The translations under genes were made by a program, and so were the position numbers. This document shows, piece by piece, positions 10,777 through 18,996 of a DNA stretch of 50,367 bases. The stretch is from IMG/VR virus record IMGVR_UViG_3300005100_000006, positions 1-50,367 of that record. One strand, 5' to 3'. Source of the DNA: a virus. Lineage: Duplodnaviria; Caudoviricetes. The notes beneath the pieces are model-generated. The model was not told where the DNA came from, searched no databases, and was given only the letters and a program-made list of their open reading frames with translations. Each line of letters begins with the position of its first letter. The stretch's first letter is position 1.

Positions 10777-11154
10777 ATGCCAGGTTCATTAGTAGAATTT
10801 GCAATCAATGGCCGCGCCTTTAAGTGCGCAGCCGATGCAGACGGTAACACCGACATTGGTGGCAAGGAAAACGAATTTCAGGCCAACGGTGACGGCGTGA
10901 CAGGTCGATTTATTCAACTGACAAAGGGCTGGAAATTTTCAGGCATTAACTTTGCTATTGATGAAGACAACGAAGATCAAGAATTTTTGCAAAACATTGC
11001 GGACGCTGGAAAGTTTGTTCCAATGAAGGCAATTTATTCTGACGGCACAGTCAGAGCGGGCAAGGGCAACATCACGGGACCTATTGAAGTAAGCTCAATG
11101 AATGGAACCGCACCGCTAACGCTTGAAGGCCCTGGGAAATTTCAGAGGCAGTAA
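10777..11154 (+). CDS. Tail tube protein
   Basis: 125 aa directly after sheath; ends LTLEGPG. Confidence 0.85.
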   Translation: MPGSLVEFAINGRAFKCAADADGNTDIGGKENEFQANGDGVTGRFIQLTKGWKFSGINFAIDEDNEDQEFLQNIADAGKFVPMKAIYSDGTVRAGKGNITGPIEVSSMNGTAPLTLEGPGKFQRQ

Positions 11155-11160
11155 GCAGAC

Positions 11161-11194
11161 ACAAAAAACCCGCCTAGATTGGCGGGTTTTTTGT
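11161..11194. terminator. Bidirectional intrinsic terminator
   Basis: ACAAAAAACCCGCC-tagatt-GGCGGGTTTTTTGT between convergent genes. Confidence 0.9.
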
Positions 11195-11195
11195 T

Positions 11196-11384
11196 TTATT
11201 TTATTAAGCAACTGGCTATCATATCGGCATCTTCAAACACGCCAACAAAATCACTGAAAACAAGAGTTGGACCACCAACAAAGTCGCATCCTTTTATTGA
11301 CACCTTTTTCACCACGTAAACTTCACCGTTAGATCGGCTCTTCACTCGACCTTTCATTAGTAGCTTTGCCTTTTTGTTTTTCAT
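11196..11384 (-). CDS. Hypothetical protein (moron 1)
   Basis: Coupled to upstream ORF; ends at the terminator. Confidence 0.6.
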   Translation of the reverse strand: MKNKKAKLLMKGRVKSRSNGEVYVVKKVSIKGCDFVGGPTLVFSDFVGVFEDADMIASCLIK

Positions 11385-11572
11385 CTTCCACTTTCCTGTT
11401 TTAACCTTTCATAAAGCCCCGCCAAGCCTTCTCGAATCTCTTTCGTGATTTGGCGAGCATTTATTTTTTCGTTAACGATAGCCGGATCGCTGGCGCACAC
11501 TTCGCAAAGCCCTAAATAATCGACTTGCGCGGGCTTCCAGCAATCGCGGCACTTGTTTTTTACTCTTGGCAT
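11381..11572 (-). CDS. Small zinc-finger protein (moron 1)
   Basis: CRDC...CEVC. Confidence 0.6.
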   Translation of the reverse strand: MPRVKNKCRDCWKPAQVDYLGLCEVCASDPAIVNEKINARQITKEIREGLAGLYERLKQESGR

Positions 11573-11754
11573 GGCTTACGCTTTAAAACGAAGCACGGGC
11601 GCTTTGGCTTGCTCTCAATCGCCCAAATGTGCGCCACAAAGTCTTCATAGGTATTTTGTTCAATCGGATCGCCGCAAGTGGTAAAGCCCGTTTCCCATTG
11701 GTCGATCAGGCTTTCTTTGTTGGCGTTAATCCAGTCGGTGTAGTTGTTAACCAT
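11560..11754 (-). CDS. Hypothetical protein (moron 1)
   Basis: ATG at 11754 after GGGG; overlaps both neighbours. Confidence 0.55.
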   Translation of the reverse strand: MVNNYTDWINANKESLIDQWETGFTTCGDPIEQNTYEDFVAHIWAIESKPKRPCFVLKRKPCQE

Positions 11755-11932
11755 CAAGCTTCCCCGCCTCTTTGCTGCAGTGTTCAAAACGGCATTCCGC
11801 CCAATGGCGTTGCTTGCTAGTGCACGGACTGTTAGCCGCGTTATTCCAATAAACCGCAGCCATTGGAAAGTCTTTCATTTGTTCAGCTTGCGCCGCTTTT
11901 GCCGTGTTTTTTTGGTAGTTTGCTGTTTGCAT
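11747..11932 (-). CDS. ANR-family (AraC negative regulator)/PerC-like small helical protein
   Basis: Pattern AAQAE..DF..AA..W..A.......RHWAECRFEHC recalled as the ANR signature; SD AAGGA. Confidence 0.65.
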   Translation of the reverse strand: MQTANYQKNTAKAAQAEQMKDFPMAAVYWNNAANSPCTSKQRHWAECRFEHCSKEAGKLDG

Positions 11933-11933
11933 G

Positions 11934-12152
11934 TTAGTTTCCTTTCTTATGGTGACCAGACCGGCGATCGAATACGAATGGCGCAAATTTTTCGCCATCT
12001 TTAACAAGAATGACATTGCTGCCATCGCCATTGATGTAACGGCGAAGCGTGCCGCGATTGAGGCCGATCTCTTTTGCGGCCTGTGTGATGTTCCCGCGGT
12101 GTTTAATCATTAGTTGCTCAAGGTCTGCAACTTCAATCATTTTTGTTTGCAT
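11934..12152 (-). CDS. ninH: NinH-like Fis-type HTH DNA-binding protein
   Basis: HRGNITQAAKEIGLNRGTLRRY aligns by eye with lambda NinH (YGNQTEVARRLKCSRGTVRKY). Confidence 0.7.
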   Translation of the reverse strand: MQTKMIEVADLEQLMIKHRGNITQAAKEIGLNRGTLRRYINGDGSNVILVKDGEKFAPFVFDRRSGHHKKGN

Positions 12153-12180
12153 GATTTTCCTTATTGGTTTATTTGGTTCA

Positions 12181-12209
12181 AGCTTAGCCGCCTAATCGGG
12201 TAAAATCAA
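12181..12209 (-). promoter_or_regulatory. Sigma70 promoter for moron 1
   Basis: TTGATT-17-TAAGCT, preceded by ACGGC as in the moron 3 promoter. Confidence 0.6.
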
Positions 12210-12214
12210 GCCGT

Positions 12215-12243
12215 TTGCGATAAAATTGCGGGACGGCTATAAT
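12215..12243 (+). promoter_or_regulatory. Promoter restarting tail transcription
   Basis: TTGCGA-17-TATAAT. Confidence 0.6.
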
Positions 12244-12314
12244 TAACGCGCCCGTCGGTCTGTCCTGTACCTTTAGCCATTTTGGTGGCGGGCACTAACA
12301 CAGGACCCAATCCC

Positions 12315-12728
12315 ATGACTAAAAAACAAGTAATGCCAATCGAGCAGGCAGAAACCGAACTAATCGAACTATTTAACGCAATGAGCATCGACACAGATGT
12401 TGATTCAATGCTTGAAGACGACCGCAAAGACTTTGAAAGCAAATTGCGCACACTGGCGCGACCTATCGCCAACGGTCAAGCAATCATTGACGGTGAAAGC
12501 TATGTGCTAACGCTTAAAAAAGCACTAGGCGACGAGAAGACGATCACCATTAGCGAGCCAACGGGCAACGCATGGGCGCAAATGGACAAAGCCGGAAAGA
12601 ACCAGGAAATGAAAAAGCTAATGATGTTCGTTAGTGGTTTTACTGGTGTTCCTTATGCTCAGATCGGCAAGCTGGTAAACTCAGACGTAAAAATACTAAA
12701 AGAGTTCGCTTTGCTTTTTTTGGTCTAA
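12315..12728 (+). CDS. Tail assembly chaperone
   Basis: Upstream of tape measure; ends in the slippery TTTTTTG. Confidence 0.8.
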   Translation: MTKKQVMPIEQAETELIELFNAMSIDTDVDSMLEDDRKDFESKLRTLARPIANGQAIIDGESYVLTLKKALGDEKTITISEPTGNAWAQMDKAGKNQEMKKLMMFVSGFTGVPYAQIGKLVNSDVKILKEFALLFLV

Positions 12729-12973
12729 CGACGATTCGAATTGTTAATGGTGGGGAGCTTAAACGGCTCCCTAATCGTTTGTATTTCGGTAAAGACGTCG
12801 ATCCTAATACTCGTGCTAACATATACACAACCATGTACGCACAAGTTGCCAAAGATTTTGCCAACGCACCAAGGCCGAAAGAAATAACGGTTGAGGAGCT
12901 GCGATTTTATTATGATTTACTTGTGCCAGAACTGATCCAATACCAAAAGGATAAAATGAGAAATGGCCAGTAA
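12716..12973 (+). CDS. -1 frameshift extension of the tail assembly chaperone (G-T/E-E' type)
   Basis: T TTT TTG at 12716-12722; -1 frame open from 12719 to 12973 and overlaps the tape measure start. Confidence 0.75.
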   Translation, partial: FFGLTTIRIVNGGELKRLPNRLYFGKDVDPNTRANIYTTMYAQVAKDFANAPRPKEITVEELRFYYDLLVPELIQYQKDKMRNGQ

Positions 12974-14546
12974 ATACAGCATATCGACAGTATTTAAAGC
13001 TGTCGACAAAGTGACAAAGCCCGTCCGCAAAATGACGGGCTCCATTCAAAACCTTACCGAAAAGACCGAAGCCGGACTGCGAAAGATTGACGCAGCAACG
13101 AGCAAGGTCACAGACGGTATATTCTCACTTGGTGCCACTGGCGCAAAAAGTGCAGCAACTATCACAGCCGCTTTAGTGGTTGGCGCTGGTGCAATCAACC
13201 ATATGAAAGTTGAGCAAGACAACATGACGCGAGCCATGGGCGCAAGCGTTAAAACTGTCGAAGCCGTCACAAGTGGAATAAAAGGTATTGGCTTAAATGC
13301 GGAGAATGTCACAGATTTATACGAAGAAATGAACAACAAGCTGGGCGAATCAGCGGGTATTGAAGAAATAACCGCCGTCACCGAATCGCTTGGTATTCTT
13401 GGGTTGCAGTTCAGAGACATTCAAAAGCTATCACCGGACGAGCAATTTAAAGCGATAACAAACGCAGCGCTTCAAATGGAAGACGCCACACAAGCAGCCG
13501 CCGCCGCCGATATGCTAATGGGTGGTGAGGCTAACAAAGTGATCTCCGCTTTGCGTATGCAGGGCAAGACCATGGACGACATTATTGGTAATTATCAAAT
13601 GTTGTCATTCCGCACCGACCAATCAAGGAAAGGCGCGGAAGATATGGCCAAGGCTCAACAAACCATGATGCAAATCACCGGATCGCTAACTCAAGAAATC
13701 AGCGGTTTGCTTGGTAAAGCGCTTGCGCCGCTTATCGTTAAATTCAACGAGTTCATGATCAACAATAAAGAGCTCATAAACCAAAACCTAGAAAAGCTTT
13801 TTGCATCGATTGGAACGGCGATCGGTGATATCACGCCGCACCTGGAAAGCGCGTTTAAGTGGATCGGAAGCCTTGGCGAGCACTTTAACGAGTTTGTTGA
13901 GTGGGCGAAGTGGGTTGGCAAGCTGGCACTGGTTATTGGTTCTTTAATGATTGGATTGAAGATATTTATCGGCATCATGACAGCGGTTAACCTTGTTATG
14001 GCAGCCAATCCAATCAGCTTGATGATTATTGCGGTTATCGCTCTTGGCGCTGCCTTTGCCTTTGCAGTTAAAAAGATTTATGACAATTGGGACGGGATAA
14101 CCGAGTATTTCGGCGGCATTTGGGAAAACATAAAAACAAACTTCAATATTGGCGTTGAGTTCATTAAATCCGCTTTCGACTGGAACCCGATCGACATGGT
14201 AAAGGCTAAGTGGGATGGTCTTAAAACGTATTTTGCCGATCTGTTTAGCGGTATCATCAATATGTATGATTCGACCATTGGCGCGATAAGTGGCGGCATT
14301 GATAACCTGACTTCAAGCGTTAGTGGATTCCTTGGCTTTAGTTCGGAAGATGAATCACCACAGCTAACCACGGAAGAAACCGCAAGCCCGCAGCAGCGTG
14401 CACAGGTAGCAATGAGCGAGACGATTACCCGAACCATACAAGATAGCCGCGAAACGGTTGATATCAACGTCACGGGGCAAAATGGGGCGCAAGTATCAAG
14501 CCCTATGCAGTCGCCAAGACTGAATTTGATTAATACAGCAAACTAG
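12963..14546 (+). CDS. Tape measure protein
   Basis: FKAVDKVTKP start, AANPI..IIA TM region, aromatic periodicity (NWDGITEYFGGIW). Confidence 0.92.
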   Translation: MASKYSISTVFKAVDKVTKPVRKMTGSIQNLTEKTEAGLRKIDAATSKVTDGIFSLGATGAKSAATITAALVVGAGAINHMKVEQDNMTRAMGASVKTVEAVTSGIKGIGLNAENVTDLYEEMNNKLGESAGIEEITAVTESLGILGLQFRDIQKLSPDEQFKAITNAALQMEDATQAAAAADMLMGGEANKVISALRMQGKTMDDIIGNYQMLSFRTDQSRKGAEDMAKAQQTMMQITGSLTQEISGLLGKALAPLIVKFNEFMINNKELINQNLEKLFASIGTAIGDITPHLESAFKWIGSLGEHFNEFVEWAKWVGKLALVIGSLMIGLKIFIGIMTAVNLVMAANPISLMIIAVIALGAAFAFAVKKIYDNWDGITEYFGGIWENIKTNFNIGVEFIKSAFDWNPIDMVKAKWDGLKTYFADLFSGIINMYDSTIGAISGGIDNLTSSVSGFLGFSSEDESPQLTTEETASPQQRAQVAMSETITRTIQDSRETVDINVTGQNGAQVSSPMQSPRLNLINTAN

Positions 14547-14563
14547 AAAACAACCGACCGAAG

Positions 14564-14606
14564 AAAAATAGCGGCTTGACTTTAACCAGTTAAGCCGCTA
14601 TTTTTT
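14564..14606 (+). promoter_or_regulatory. Combined terminator and sigma70 promoter for moron 2
   Basis: 17-bp inverted repeat followed by T-run; contains TTGACT(14576)-17-TATTTT. Confidence 0.7.
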
Positions 14607-14635
14607 ATTCACCAATACAAACAGGACCTTTAAAA

Positions 14636-14806
14636 ATGAAAAAAAAACTTACTAGCCTTTTTCTACTCTCATTCGTTTCTCTTTTGCCTCTTCCTTTTAT
14701 TTTTGATTATTCATTTATTGCGGCTGGCGCTTATATTTGTTTCGTTCTTTTGCTTGCAAGCGGGCTTTGGTCTGCAATGAATACTGGAGCCAAAAATGAA
14801 AAATAA
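14636..14806 (+). CDS. Small membrane protein (56 aa, two hydrophobic segments; not in ORF track)
   Basis: AACAGGAC before ATG; MKKKLTSLFLLSFVSLLPLPFIF... Confidence 0.65.
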   Translation: MKKKLTSLFLLSFVSLLPLPFIFDYSFIAAGAYICFVLLLASGLWSAMNTGAKNEK

Positions 14807-14894
14807 ACTCATTTACTGGGGGTTTATCGGATGCCTTAGCCTGGTGCTTTGGTTCGTCGTCATTAATGTGGCTAATAGAAATGGGTGGTTTTGA
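14796..14894 (+). CDS. Small membrane peptide (32 aa; not in ORF track)
   Basis: GGAG SD; MKNKLIYWGFIGCLSLVLWFVVINV...; TGATG-coupled to the next gene. Confidence 0.55.
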   Translation: MKNKLIYWGFIGCLSLVLWFVVINVANRNGWF

Positions 14895-15178
14895 TGATCG
14901 ATTTGATACTGGCAAGCCCCATAATACCAACACCAATAGAGGCAAGGATTTTTGTCGCTATCTGTTGCGCGTACTTAGTTTTTGATTACAGGTCTGATGT
15001 CGAAAGGTCTATAAAATTAAAAAGAAAAAAAATAACAGAAAGGCAAATATTTGATGGTCACAACGAAGTATCTTCAATGATTCACGCGGCCGTAAACACA
15101 ACCCAATTTTGTTGCTTTGAGTTCAGCAAGCAAATGGAAATAATCAGGTTTATAAACAACCGTTATTTGAGCCTTTAA
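14894..15178 (+). CDS. Hypothetical membrane-anchored protein (moron 2)
   Basis: TGATG overlap; hydrophobic N-terminus; AT-rich. Confidence 0.55.
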   Translation: MIDLILASPIIPTPIEARIFVAICCAYLVFDYRSDVERSIKLKRKKITERQIFDGHNEVSSMIHAAVNTTQFCCFEFSKQMEIIRFINNRYLSL

Positions 15179-15184
15179 CCCCCA

Positions 15185-15193
15185 TGCTACAAT
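15185..15193 (+). promoter_or_regulatory. Extended -10 promoter (TGCTACAAT)
   Basis: CATGCTACAATAA also occurs at 18881; lies where structural genes resume. Confidence 0.55.
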
Positions 15194-15223
15194 AACAACA
15201 TTCAAATTATCGAGGGCTAACCA

Positions 15224-16474
15224 ATGCCATGGCAAGACCGACTAACAGATTGCACATACACCGCACCTAGCGGCGCAGTCTTTACGCTTGAATACGAGAA
15301 CGTCAAGCGATCCCAAAAGAAGAAAACCACAACTTTCGAGTTCGTATCTAGTGATGATGTTTACGTGCAGGACAACGGCGTGGGCGCAAAAGTTTTCCCG
15401 CTTGTGGTTTATTTCTCAGGCGAAGACCACGACACAAAGGCCAATGAGTTTTTTGAAGCACTGGCAGAGCGTGGAGCTGGCGAGCTACAGCATCCTATCT
15501 ATGGCGTGCGAACCGTTAACGTCACAGACAAGGTTGAACAAGTAGACAACTTAAAAAGCGGAGCCAATCAAAGCGCCTTTACCATTACTTTTATTGAGAC
15601 CATCACCGACCTTTACCCGTCCGCGCAGGAAAACGCAGACGAGGCAAACAAAAAAGCTAGTGATGATTTCGACGCAGCAAAAGCCGAAGAGTTTGAGAAA
15701 GGCGTCGAGCTTGAAACCGTAGCCGAAGAACAATCATTGATTGAACAGATTAATGATAAAGTTGGATCGGTCGAAGAGGCAATTAAACCGCTCGTTGATG
15801 GCACAGCAGACGCGGAGCGATTCGCCAACGACTTGACCAACTCGATCACCAACGGCATTGACGTTCTTATTGGCACGCCTACAACACTAGCCTTTCAGTG
15901 CACGCAGCTTGTAAAGACTGGCGCGAATGCGTTTTCGTTAATCGGTGACAAGCTAGAAGCCTATGGCGATCTGCTTAGTGATATTGTTTCACCAGACAAA
16001 ACAACCACAACGCCAACCTACAACAACGTAGGCGCGAACACTGTACAAACACAAGATCTGTTTGCAGCGTCCGAAGTGTCCGCCGTTGCTTTGAGTATTG
16101 CAAACGAAGACTTTGAGACGCGAGAAGAAGCACTGAGCGCGGCGGAGTCGCTGCAAGAGTCGTTTTTTGACTATTCCGAATGGAAGGACCGAAACACCGC
16201 AGCGGTGGGAATTGAAGACGAGGGCCAAGGTTATGAGGCTTTACTTGCGCAAGTCACGCTTGCTGTATCTAGCACTATCAACAGCGCTATTGGGTTGCAG
16301 CGTATGCGCAACGTGGTACTTGATAGAGATATGCTAGTTCTAGACTTTGCTTATCAGTATTTTGGCACAACTGAAAGCGCAGCGGTTGAGAAAGTGATCT
16401 TAATGAACAACCTCGACAACGAGGAAATTTGGACGATTCCAAAGGGGCGCTTGATGCGTTATTTGGTGGATTAG
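15224..16474 (+). CDS. DNA circularization/tail initiator protein (Mu gpN-like)
   Basis: MPWQDRL, YVQDNG and GELQHPIYG motifs; C-terminal LysM-like segment. Confidence 0.85.
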   Translation: MPWQDRLTDCTYTAPSGAVFTLEYENVKRSQKKKTTTFEFVSSDDVYVQDNGVGAKVFPLVVYFSGEDHDTKANEFFEALAERGAGELQHPIYGVRTVNVTDKVEQVDNLKSGANQSAFTITFIETITDLYPSAQENADEANKKASDDFDAAKAEEFEKGVELETVAEEQSLIEQINDKVGSVEEAIKPLVDGTADAERFANDLTNSITNGIDVLIGTPTTLAFQCTQLVKTGANAFSLIGDKLEAYGDLLSDIVSPDKTTTTPTYNNVGANTVQTQDLFAASEVSAVALSIANEDFETREEALSAAESLQESFFDYSEWKDRNTAAVGIEDEGQGYEALLAQVTLAVSSTINSAIGLQRMRNVVLDRDMLVLDFAYQYFGTTESAAVEKVILMNNLDNEEIWTIPKGRLMRYLVD

Positions 16475-17686
16475 ATGACAACCCACACCATAAAGCCTGG
16501 CGAAAGTTACGAAGACATATCACGCCAGCAATACGGCACAGAAGAAGGCGCCGACACTCTCAAGAAGTCGAACCCGAGCGCAGGTGACACGCCCGCAGCG
16601 GGTAGCACTTTGTTTGTGCCAAAGACCAAAACCAAAACCAAAATTAACCCAACAAGTGACGTTGTAACGTTGATAATTGGCGAAACCGAGTTTAAAAACT
16701 TCATTGAGATAACTTTAACCCAGCGATTTGATTCCTTCGATACGTGCGACATTATTGCGCCGTTTGAACCAGATAACAGTGAGTTTAGAAAGCTGTTCAA
16801 GCCGTTTAGCTATCAGGATATAGAGGTCTTTATTGGTGACGAGCTGGTTTTTAGCGGTACCCAGATGGGCGTCAATCCGTTTGTTACGCCAGAAAGCAAA
16901 ACCGTTACGCTGTCTGCATACTCTAAATGCGCGGTCATTAATGATTCTTGCGTTCCTATTTCCGCTTATCCGGTAGAGGTGCGAGGCTTTAAGCTCGATC
17001 GCATTGCGAAGGGCATCACGCAAACTTTTCCGTTTGACGTTGTGGTAAGCGCGGACGTTGGCGACTCGTTCAACGTCGCAACTATAAAGCCCAGCAAGAA
17101 AATAGCCCCTTACCTGTTGGAGCTGGCCAAACAGCGCGACATTGTTTTAACTAACGATCTAGACGGTAACCTGTTGCTAACCAAGGCGACCGAATCCGAA
17201 AGCGTGGCGCACATCAAGGGCGATCAACCGCCTATGCTTGGCATTGTTCCGCAATTCAACGAGCAAGAGTATTACAGCGATTACACGGCGATTCTGCCCG
17301 TGATAATCAGGCAAGATCCAACCAGTTACACCGCAAAGAATCGTAAGCTTGCGAACTCGTTACGTGTCGATAACTACATGGCTACCGATTCTTACAACGG
17401 CGATGAGAAAACAGTGGCAGAAAGCCGCAGGGCGCGAGGCATTGCCAATTCAGTGGCTTATACGTGTGCACTGTCTACGCTACGCGATCCGCAAGGTGCG
17501 CTTTATACTGTGAATACGTTTGTGAACATCGAAGCGCCGGAGGCTATGATCTACCGTGATACGAAAATGTTTATCAAAGGCGTTACAATGTCACTTACAC
17601 CAAGCGCCCGCGCGTGCTCGCTTGAACTGACACTGCCAGAGGCTTACAACGGAAAGGACGTGGAGGTGTTACCGTGGGAAGAATAA
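16475..17686 (+). CDS. Baseplate hub protein (Mu gpP-like) with N-terminal LysM
   Basis: HTIKPGESYEDISRQQYG LysM; DLDGNLLL motif; synteny. Confidence 0.85.
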   Translation: MTTHTIKPGESYEDISRQQYGTEEGADTLKKSNPSAGDTPAAGSTLFVPKTKTKTKINPTSDVVTLIIGETEFKNFIEITLTQRFDSFDTCDIIAPFEPDNSEFRKLFKPFSYQDIEVFIGDELVFSGTQMGVNPFVTPESKTVTLSAYSKCAVINDSCVPISAYPVEVRGFKLDRIAKGITQTFPFDVVVSADVGDSFNVATIKPSKKIAPYLLELAKQRDIVLTNDLDGNLLLTKATESESVAHIKGDQPPMLGIVPQFNEQEYYSDYTAILPVIIRQDPTSYTAKNRKLANSLRVDNYMATDSYNGDEKTVAESRRARGIANSVAYTCALSTLRDPQGALYTVNTFVNIEAPEAMIYRDTKMFIKGVTMSLTPSARACSLELTLPEAYNGKDVEVLPWEE

Positions 17687-18309
17687 CCCGAGCGCTTAGC
17701 GTCATTGGCGAAAGAATCAAAGCCCTAGCCGACGCGGGCGATATAAACGAAATGGAACATTTGCAGCCACTAGGCGACGACTCGAAGCCATTGCCGCAGG
17801 ATGATGGATGGAGCGACCGCACAAACCAAAGCGGGGGCGATGTTTATTTTGGTGCGTTTGACTATGAGAACAAGATTGCAGAGCCAGGGGAAAAGCGGAC
17901 GTATGCCCGAGACGCCGACGGCAATCCAGTTAGCCACGTTTATCAGAAGAAAGACGGCACTATCATTATTGCCAATGATAGCTACAGCAAGACGATAAAC
18001 CCCGACGGCTCTTTTGTTGAGACTAACGGCACTTACTCAAAAAACGTTAGCGCCGATGGCTCGTTTACTGAGACGAATGGGGCGTATACCAAGACGGTGG
18101 CCACAAGTGGCGAGGTCAATATCAACGGGTTTGTTATCGGACCAGATGGATCGGCGTCTTCACCGGTTAGCGTTACAGCTCCAACAATCAGCGGCACAAG
18201 TTCGCTAGTGGTGTCAGGCAAAGAGCAGAAAGACCACACGCACACAGTCGGAACGTATAAGGACGCGGAAGGCAGACCGATTACGGGCGACAGTGGTACG
18301 CAGAGTTAA
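17674..18309 (+). CDS. Baseplate spike protein (gp45/gpV-like)
   Basis: PGEKRTY motif, beta repeats, C-terminal HTH (HxH iron-binding) motif. Confidence 0.85.
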   Translation: MGRITRALSVIGERIKALADAGDINEMEHLQPLGDDSKPLPQDDGWSDRTNQSGGDVYFGAFDYENKIAEPGEKRTYARDADGNPVSHVYQKKDGTIIIANDSYSKTINPDGSFVETNGTYSKNVSADGSFTETNGAYTKTVATSGEVNINGFVIGPDGSASSPVSVTAPTISGTSSLVVSGKEQKDHTHTVGTYKDAEGRPITGDSGTQS

Positions 18310-18325
18310 TTAAATAAAAAACGGC

Positions 18326-18354
18326 TTGACTTTAACCGGTCAAGCTTTTATCGT
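18326..18354 (+). promoter_or_regulatory. Sigma70 promoter with dyad for moron 3
   Basis: TTGACT-17-TATCGT; GCTTGAC/GTCAAGC inverted repeat. Confidence 0.65.
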
Positions 18355-18380
18355 TTAGGCTCATTTAACAAACAGGACAA

Positions 18381-18581
18381 ATGAAAATGAAAGACTCAAT
18401 GTTTGACTGTAGTAACCTCGAGTACGGCATTAAATACGACATCACCACCCACAGCGGTCAAGTTTATCGCGGTTGGTATCTTTACAGCCAAGAGTGCGGC
18501 TATTTTTCCAAGAAAGAAGGAAGCCAACTAGAAGGATTTTTATATTCTGAATCTGTAGCATCGGTGAAGGAGAGTGATTGA
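18381..18581 (+). CDS. Hypothetical protein (moron 3)
   Basis: AACAGGAC upstream; start may be 18387. Confidence 0.65.
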   Translation: MKMKDSMFDCSNLEYGIKYDITTHSGQVYRGWYLYSQECGYFSKKEGSQLEGFLYSESVASVKESD

Positions 18582-18739
18582 TGTTCAAAAAATACAAAGC
18601 ACATGTTTTTTGTGAAGTATGCGAATTTCACTTTTCTATTCACGCGGGCAATCCAAGAGTAAATAAAACAGTAAAAACGCATTGCCCACATTGCAAAGAG
18701 TTGCGCCCTGCATACATATACAAAGCAGAGGAGAAGTGA
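18581..18739 (+). CDS. Small zinc-ribbon protein (52 aa; not in ORF track)
   Basis: CEVC...CPHC; AGGAG SD; TGATG overlap. Confidence 0.65.
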   Translation: MFKKYKAHVFCEVCEFHFSIHAGNPRVNKTVKTHCPHCKELRPAYIYKAEEK

Positions 18740-18742
18740 TTG

Positions 18743-18850
18743 ATGAGTAAATTGGAAAATTTAAGCATTGGTTGGTTTTTGGTTGCATTTTATTCCGTTG
18801 GAATATTGATTGCGTTAGCTAGTCTTTGGTTTGATGGATTCTTTAATTAA
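18743..18850 (+). CDS. Small membrane peptide (35 aa; not in ORF track)
   Basis: GAGGAG SD; IGWFLVAFYSVGILIALASLWF. Confidence 0.55.
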   Translation: MSKLENLSIGWFLVAFYSVGILIALASLWFDGFFN

Positions 18851-18896
18851 AACTCGCGCCCAATTCATTTAACTCAATAACATGCTACAATAAAAA

Positions 18897-18956
18897 CTCA
18901 TTGTAGATTTAAGCTCCTGTAATGACGAACTAGCCCGCCTAACCGCGGGCTTTTTT
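18897..18956 (+). ncRNA. Candidate ~60-nt small RNA with an anti-SD sequence
   Basis: TGCTACAAT extended -10 at 18883-18891, 5' hairpin 18898-18925, terminator 18932-18956; no plus-strand ORF. Confidence 0.45.
18932..18956 (+). terminator. Intrinsic terminator
   Basis: AGCCCGC-ctaacc-GCGGGCT followed by T-run. Confidence 0.85.
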
Positions 18957-18996
18957 GTTGGTGTATACTTACGCAAACACATTAAAAGGTTACCCC

